From: Perna viridis
Lineage: Eukaryota
Length of the DNA stretch: 64,000 bases
Assembly (NCBI GenBank): GCA_037379345.1
Contig: CM074523.1
Span: 31,883,678 to 31,947,677, forward strand
Direction: 5' to 3'
Part shown: one piece after another, positions 62,001 through 64,000 of the stretch
Position numbering within the stretch: the first letter of the stretch is position 1
How the letters are laid out: the number at the start of each line of letters is the position of its first letter
Program-made: the position numbers and the translations under genes
Notes under the pieces: model-generated
What the model was told of the DNA's origin: nothing
The model's input: the letters and a program-made list of their open reading frames with translations, nothing else
The model's database searches: none

Positions 62001-63804
62001 GAACCAATCAGAAATTCAGGGCTGGCTTGATGAAATGGAGGCCGACATGAAAGCTCAGTCTTCACCAGGAGAAAATCTTGACCAGATCAAGAAACAGTAT
62101 GAAAACGTCAAGGTAATAATTATCCTTCAAATACATTTCCTTTTCTTTTTGCATGAATTACTACGGGAAAAAAGACTTTGTCTTTAATAGCAATAGATAA
62201 TCAAACTGTTTCTAAGAAAGGCTGTGACCTATTTTGATATAAATTTTCAGAGCATATATAACTTTAACCTTTGACCTTACAGATATCACAGCAGAAGGTG
62301 GATGACCACAAACCATTTATTGATGACCTCAATGCAACTGGACTTGAACTTATGGAACTGTGTGGTGATAGTGATGCAGGTGAAATTCAGAACAAATTAC
62401 TGAGTCATAACGATCGTTACGCCAAGCTTAAATCTCTGTCACGTCAAAAAGCTAAGGACATGATCGATGCCAAGTCTAGAATGACACAGGAAGTGGGTGA
62501 AACACTTGACAACTTGCTTGATGATTTATCTCAGATAAACAGGAACTTGACAACAGCTAGCCCAATTCCTGCTAATCCTGACAAATTACGGGATGACCAA
62601 CAGGAAGTAAAATTGATGCTTGATGATCTGGAAAGATATCGACCAATGATATTAAAGGCTGAAGATGAGGCTAAGAAAATGATATCTGCTGGTGTTGAGG
62701 ATGATGCTGAAGGTAATAATTTAAATGGAAGAGAAATATACTAATACCTAAGAAGAATTGTTCAAATTATATTTTGGATCTAAACTTTTAAATATTTTAA
62801 ACTCTGAAACTATCCTGATGTTTTTATGACTGTAAAAAGTGTGACTGGCCTTAAATTGTGAATTAGCTTAACACTTCAATTATGATTAAACATTTGACAT
62901 TACCCATCAGAATTGTGACCAAGGCCAAATAAATGTTAAAGCCTTTTATAACAAATAAAAACGGAAGGGATTTATTTTAGTTGGTTTCTATTGCAAGCAT
63001 TTTGAAGCCTTAACTTCTTGAAATACATTGTAGCTATGCTACTGCAATTTGTTATTAAAATTGCTGTATTGAAATATCATTCTTGACAAAATTGCAGTAC
63101 TAATGCACACAATAATTTTGAATTTACAGTTAGAAGGAAAAGCTGAAAGACCAGTGTTACTTTGACAAATTGGAATCTTTTAGCCTAACTAAGAATAATG
63201 TTTTGGACCTCAGATCCTTCCTCATCTCCTGAGGGTGCTAAGAATAATAATTTGGACCTCAAATCCTTCCTCTTGAGGGTACCTCGTTAACCATATCAAT
63301 TAAAGATAAGCACTAACTTTTTTTGTTAGGTAGTCCTCAAATTTATTTTGCAGCCCTGGCCATAAAACTTTTAAAAATTAATTTATATAGCCCAAAGGAC
63401 TACCAATTTCAATTTCAATGAAATCATCTATCAAAATTCAATGAAATCATCTATCAAATTAAGTAGACAGCTCAGGACTACTGGACCACTGTAAGTAACA
63501 AATCCTGCCTCGTAATATTGAGAAAATATAACACTGGATATGAAAGAACTTAACATTCTAAAAAATTTCAGCTGATGATCTGAAAGAAAAAGTAACAGAA
63601 ATTGCTACTCTAAACAATCAGATCAGAGAACAGGCTATGAGGCGGGAACAAGAACTGGACGATGCTCTACAGGTGGCAGAAAAATTCAATGATTTGTGTT
63701 CCGAAACCATGTCAAACCTCCGTGACCTAAAGGATAACTTACTGTCACAAGAGCCCCCTGGTGTTGATTCGCCAACAGTTCAGGAACAACAGAAAGAACT
63801 GAAG
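1938..63804 (+). CDS. MACF1: Spectraplakin gene (MACF1/dystonin/Short stop-like), partial; 22 exons in window, 2136 codons, 5' and 3' ends outside the window
   Basis: Chain of GT-AG exons with mutually compatible phases and no stops. It gives plakin-domain motifs (AMRESWNWLRLVTQCIETHMKNAGDYQQFF; SH3 GDDCIILDNSDQDKWQIRNSDGTEAEVPGVVLVIPPPD), plectin repeats (DPxTGE) and spectrin repeats (WL..E..L). The symbol denotes family, not proven orthology. Confidence 0.9.
2170..2440 (+). mobile_element. Helentron-associated (HINE/DINE-1-like) non-autonomous element
   Basis: T-run, 5' subTIR atgcccccgc with nearby inverted copy gggggcat, (CTGT/CCGT)n microsatellite, 3' subTIR gcgggggcat at 2397, 3' hairpin tgtgtct-cac-agacaca at 2411. 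Confidence 0.7.
3758..3926. mobile_element. MITE family B (tacagtgaaacctgtctaaacc / ggtttagacaggtttcactgta)
   Basis: Terminal inverted motifs; related copies near 12040, 14840, 30030, 33495 and 38158. Confidence 0.6.
7300..7595 (+). mobile_element. SINE relic (Nin/Deu-domain-like)
   Basis: cctgtcccaagtcagga motif (recalled Nin domain); 3' part is homologous, inverted, to 18790-18930. Confidence 0.55.
9381..9683. repeat. 37-bp minisatellite, about 8 copies
   Basis: Unit tatcatggttactgtggttgggagctggggtaccctt. Confidence 0.95.
10770..10820 (+). CDS. Spectraplakin exon: GQLPEGQKVVGEYSVLE
   Basis: tttttacag acceptor, consensus GAG|gtaagt donor, 51 nt, phase 0-0. Confidence 0.75.
10976..11247. 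repeat. 53-bp minisatellite, about 5 copies
   Basis: gaacataatccagg at 10978, 11031, 11084, 11137, 11190. Confidence 0.95.
11930..12001 (+). CDS. Spectraplakin exon: DQGLQKKRCLETLLYVNEVENVLQ
   Basis: gttttgtag acceptor, CAG|gtgaaa donor, 72 nt, phase 0-0; resembles the SR3/SR4 junction of plakin domains. Confidence 0.7.
12566..12960. repeat. 45/41-bp minisatellite, 9 copies
   Basis: Unit ttacactgatgaatgattgtgaga(ttga)ccagtgatagatgtacc. Confidence 0.95.
15804..15914 (+). CDS. Spectraplakin exon: NVQSDFEERAMYLTERKLVFDSMYREEALKVSARMHR
   Basis: tgtttacag acceptor, AGG|gtttgt donor, 111 nt, phase 0-0. Confidence 0.8.
16071..16267. mobile_element. hAT-like MITE (TIR cagtgttctag / ctagaacactg)
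   Basis: Perfect 11-bp terminal inverted repeats. Confidence 0.55.
16451..16546 (+). CDS. Spectraplakin exon (plakin domain, end of SR4): DCVYAMRESWNWLRLVTQCIETHMKNAGDYQQ
   Basis: tatttcag acceptor, CAG|gtatat donor, 96 nt; matches the conserved plakin motif AM..QW.W..QL..C.E.H.K.N..Y. Confidence 0.93.
16704..16914. mobile_element. MITE family A copy
   Basis: tactgggaaagtact ... ctactttaacaata; body homologous to 850-1059. Confidence 0.75.
17462..17584 (+). CDS. Spectraplakin exon (SR5): FFFEVQSIHEDMQGFLTLLNNGKMRAHLQPTKPEIMIQYFK
   Basis: tgtttcag acceptor, AAG|gtttgt donor, 123 nt, phase 0-0. Confidence 0.88.
18445..18591 (+). CDS. Spectraplakin exon (SR5 into SH3): DITNRLLDYQGRVEDLSQKSTTIHPIHLRKQTPVYPLRAKVLIEYSNVE
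   Basis: tttttacag acceptor, GAG|gtaact donor, 147 nt; plakin SH3 N-terminus. Confidence 0.92.
19181..19280. repeat. 25-bp tandem repeat x4
   Basis: tgcttgaaccatatgggtgtaattt. Confidence 0.95.
20121..20183 (+). CDS. Spectraplakin exon (SH3): ISLSPGDDCIILDNSDQDKWQ
   Basis: tttgcag acceptor, CAG|gttagt donor, 63 nt; plakin SH3 motif GD.C.L.DNS...KW. Confidence 0.93.
21009..21086 (+). pseudogene. Degenerate tandem duplicate (pseudo-exon) of exon 21114-21205
   Basis: Colinear copy ATCAGAAAGTGAGATGGAACTTAGGCAAAGGTACTTGGTGTGGTCCTTGTCTTACCGCCTTCTGATAGGACAGCTATT, preceded by tag, with in-frame TGA and TAG. Confidence 0.85.
21114..21205 (+). CDS. Spectraplakin exon (SH3 C-terminus): IRNSDGTEAEVPGVVLVIPPPDRKAIHENQ
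   Basis: ttttcag acceptor, AT|gtaaga donor, 92 nt, phase 0-2; G.E..VP.V...IPPP motif. Confidence 0.93.
21746..21851 (+). CDS. Spectraplakin exon: (I)LRDQLLVNWDTTNKRLSTQLTQYLTNSIKETPPSD
   Basis: tttttcag acceptor, GAT|gtaagt donor, 106 nt, phase 2-0. Confidence 0.88.
21801..22067. repeat. 59-bp tandem repeat (about 4.5 copies) made of the exon 3' end plus the splice donor
   Basis: Unit caactcgcccaatatctcactaactcaatcaaagaaactcctacagctgatgtaagtat starting at 21801, 21860, 21919, 21978, 22037. Confidence 0.95.
22312..22539 (+). CDS. Spectraplakin exon (SR6-like): LKKLSALQKAELMKLMNEAVELL...NGRVMLLYK
   Basis: tttttccag acceptor, AAG|gtgtgg donor, 228 nt, phase 0-0; overlaps ORF 22348-22602. Confidence 0.88.
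23348..23548. mobile_element. MITE family A copy
   Basis: tactgtgaaagtact ... ttttcacagta. Confidence 0.8.
23880..23998 (+). CDS. Spectraplakin exon: DFLTYGKSYRDDVQQSRGQEKLMISTEQGYMFQSKAYFE(R)
   Basis: tttttccag acceptor, AG|gtaagt donor, 119 nt, phase 0-2, matching the next exon. Confidence 0.88.
24412..26821 (+). CDS. Large spectraplakin exon: plectin/plakin repeat domain plus start of the first rod spectrin repeat
   Basis: 815-aa ORF 24413-26860 with more than 10 DP.TGE.(M/I)S(L/I).EAI..G(L/I)(I/V)D plectin repeats; ttttaatag acceptor, CAG|gtatgc donor; 2410 nt, phase 2-0. Confidence 0.95.
32720..32887 (+). CDS. Spectraplakin exon (spectrin repeat): VLQEDIQNHEDDVK...DLKVRFDD
   Basis: tgtttcag acceptor, GAT|gtgagt donor, 168 nt, phase 0-0. 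Confidence 0.92.
33570..33785. repeat. Degenerate ~18-bp tandem repeat of the MITE-B subterminal motif
   Basis: aacacctgtctaaacca-like units. Confidence 0.8.
33870..34043 (+). CDS. Spectraplakin exon (spectrin repeat): ASAETDSRCKKFEKMSADLEDFYTTLQDLDQWLDQAIELSEEYQASDEDIEVQFANYK
   Basis: ctctttag acceptor, AAG|gtgggt donor, 174 nt, phase 0-0; spectrin helix-A WL motif. Confidence 0.92.
34679..34897. mobile_element. hAT-like MITE (TIR cagggtttgacactaac / gttagtgtcaaacccag)
   Basis: 17-bp near-perfect TIRs; reverse-oriented relic at about 63310-63507. Confidence 0.65.
38158..38337. mobile_element. MITE family B copy
   Basis: tactgtgaaacc ... gtagacaggtttaactgta with repeated ggtttagacagg. Confidence 0.65.
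39355..39509. repeat. 54-bp tandem repeat x3
   Basis: gtatgtataggaatagggatggtttggaatgttttacaacagtggaccttactt. Confidence 0.92.
40570..40653 (+). CDS. Spectraplakin exon (spectrin repeat): EFVDELHGKESEMANAFKIADGFRDEAQ
   Basis: tattttcag acceptor, CAG|gtttgt donor, 84 nt, phase 0-0. Confidence 0.9.
41326..41397. repeat. 22-bp tandem repeat x3
   Basis: caacaccacattggcagtaaaa. Confidence 0.9.
44128..44545. repeat. ~58-62-bp minisatellite, 7 copies
   Basis: gtggaaccctctcccagttggttgtgtagtgtgttggcctgtgaatgctgggtgtt. Confidence 0.93.
44490..44842 (+). mobile_element. Degenerate tRNA-derived SINE (MetaSINE-like)
   Basis: tRNA-like head ggtcgtgtagtg...gggttctatacc, then gactttagaattggt, tggctc...aataatgtgt body and (CAAT)n tail; family resemblance is from memory. 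Confidence 0.55.
46936..47420 (+). mobile_element. Degenerate HINE-like element with an internal duplication (gcaagttacagatcaag x2)
   Basis: ctgtcc motif and ttttccgc...gatatt...ttgcagatc-type body shared with 2170-2440. Confidence 0.5.
47469..49088. repeat. 42/43-bp tandem array, 38 cores
   Basis: 37-bp core attaatgggttatacctacatgtacctctctgtagtg joined by acatt or ttttat. Confidence 0.98.
50267..50734. repeat. ~125-bp dispersed direct duplication (50267-50391 and 50610-50734)
   Basis: agtacaatgataaattgtttctttgaat...atttgagattgaat occurs twice. Confidence 0.9.
51104..51303. mobile_element. MITE family A copy
   Basis: tactgtgaaagtactttaattcatggatacc identical to the start of the 23348 copy. 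Confidence 0.75.
54815..55918 (+). CDS. Putative alternative first coding exon (368 aa, Asn/Ser/Asp/Glu-rich, probably disordered) of a short rod isoform
   Basis: 1.18-kb open frame inside an AT-rich intron; in-frame TAA at 54764, first ATG at 54815; CAA|gtaagg donor at 55919 in phase 0, compatible with acceptor 58191. Confidence 0.65.
56086..56315. mobile_element. MITE family C (taaggccaaaa / ttttgcctaa; internal ggtaggtagg)
   Basis: TIRs with TAA flanks (PIF/Harbinger-like); homologs near 8250-8480 (reverse), 29790-29995 and 59615-59873. Confidence 0.6.
58191..58954 (+). CDS. Spectraplakin exon (spectrin repeats): EFEKEAEAYRQRTHQ...TAIFDLSE(R)
   Basis: tttcttttag acceptor, AG|gtagtt donor, 764 nt, phase 0-2; contains ORF 58293-58958. 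Confidence 0.94.
59935..60512. mobile_element. Non-autonomous DNA transposon with TTAA flanks (Kolobok/piggyBac-like)
   Basis: TTAA-gtagtttcggtaaggccctattttt ... aaaattgggcataaccaaaccatctcc-TTAA (imperfect TIRs). Confidence 0.55.
60535..60895 (+). CDS. Spectraplakin exon (spectrin repeat): LTDVERKAELATK...LVQQVSLE
   Basis: tttttacag acceptor, GAG|gttggt donor, 361 nt, phase 2-0. Confidence 0.92.
61279..61398 (+). CDS. Spectraplakin exon (spectrin repeat): ALTEIEGMLKYLDKAENDINTAEPVSIDPEILTVQLKEHH
   Basis: ctttatag acceptor, CAT|gtaagt donor, 120 nt, phase 0-0; EPVS.DP..L..QL.EH motif. Confidence 0.92.
61786..62112 (+). CDS. Spectraplakin exon (spectrin repeats): SFNDDLNQKRNAVK...KKQYENVK
   Basis: tgtttcag acceptor, AAG|gtaata donor, 327 nt; RL.QLE.ALPLA.HF motif typical of MACF1/Shot rods. 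Confidence 0.94.
62283..62712 (+). CDS. Spectraplakin exon (spectrin repeats): ISQQKVDDHKPFIDDLN...GVEDDAE
   Basis: ccttacag acceptor, G|gtaata donor, 430 nt, phase 0-1. Confidence 0.93.
63572..63804 (+). CDS. Spectraplakin exon (spectrin repeat): (A)DDLKEKVTEIATLNNQIREQAMRREQELDDALQVAEKFNDLCSETMSNLRDLKDNLLSQEPPGVDSPTVQEQQKELK
   Basis: tttcag acceptor, AAG|gtaaaa donor, 233 nt, phase 1-0; EPPGVD..V..QQ motif. Confidence 0.93.
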
Positions 63805-64000
63805 GTAAAATAGATATTTTGTTCATTGTATGCAATAGTAAGGAGTCATTTAGCCTTCAAAGCAGTATAACTTCTCTCCTAATGGTTAGTTATTAGGGGT
63901 GTATCATAAAAAGATATGAGGTACTGAGGGAAAGAACTTTTTCATCAGAAGAATCACCCAGAGAAGTTCTATTGATTTTTTTTTGTATTAAACTCTATGC

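Overview
This is AT-rich eukaryotic genomic DNA. The repeat landscape resembles bivalve (Mytilus-like) genomes, which is an inference. The whole window lies inside one large + strand spectraplakin gene (MACF1/dystonin/Short stop family). I reconstructed 22 phase-compatible GT-AG exons (6408 nt, 2136 codons, open at both window ends). They encode a divergent, shortened plakin domain with its SH3 insert (1.9-24 kb), a 2410-nt plectin/plakin-repeat exon (24412-26821), and the start of the spectrin-repeat rod (26.7-63.8 kb). The 17.5-kb intron 40654-58190 hides a 368-codon ORF ending at an in-phase splice donor, probably an alternative first exon for a rod-only isoform. The introns carry MITEs, Helentron-associated elements, SINE relics and many minisatellites. 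Notable repeats are a 38-copy array with an invariant core and three junction types derived from its own flanks, a tandem array that quadruplicates a real splice donor, and a stop-containing duplicate of the SH3 exon. There are no prokaryotic features, CRISPR arrays or RNA genes.
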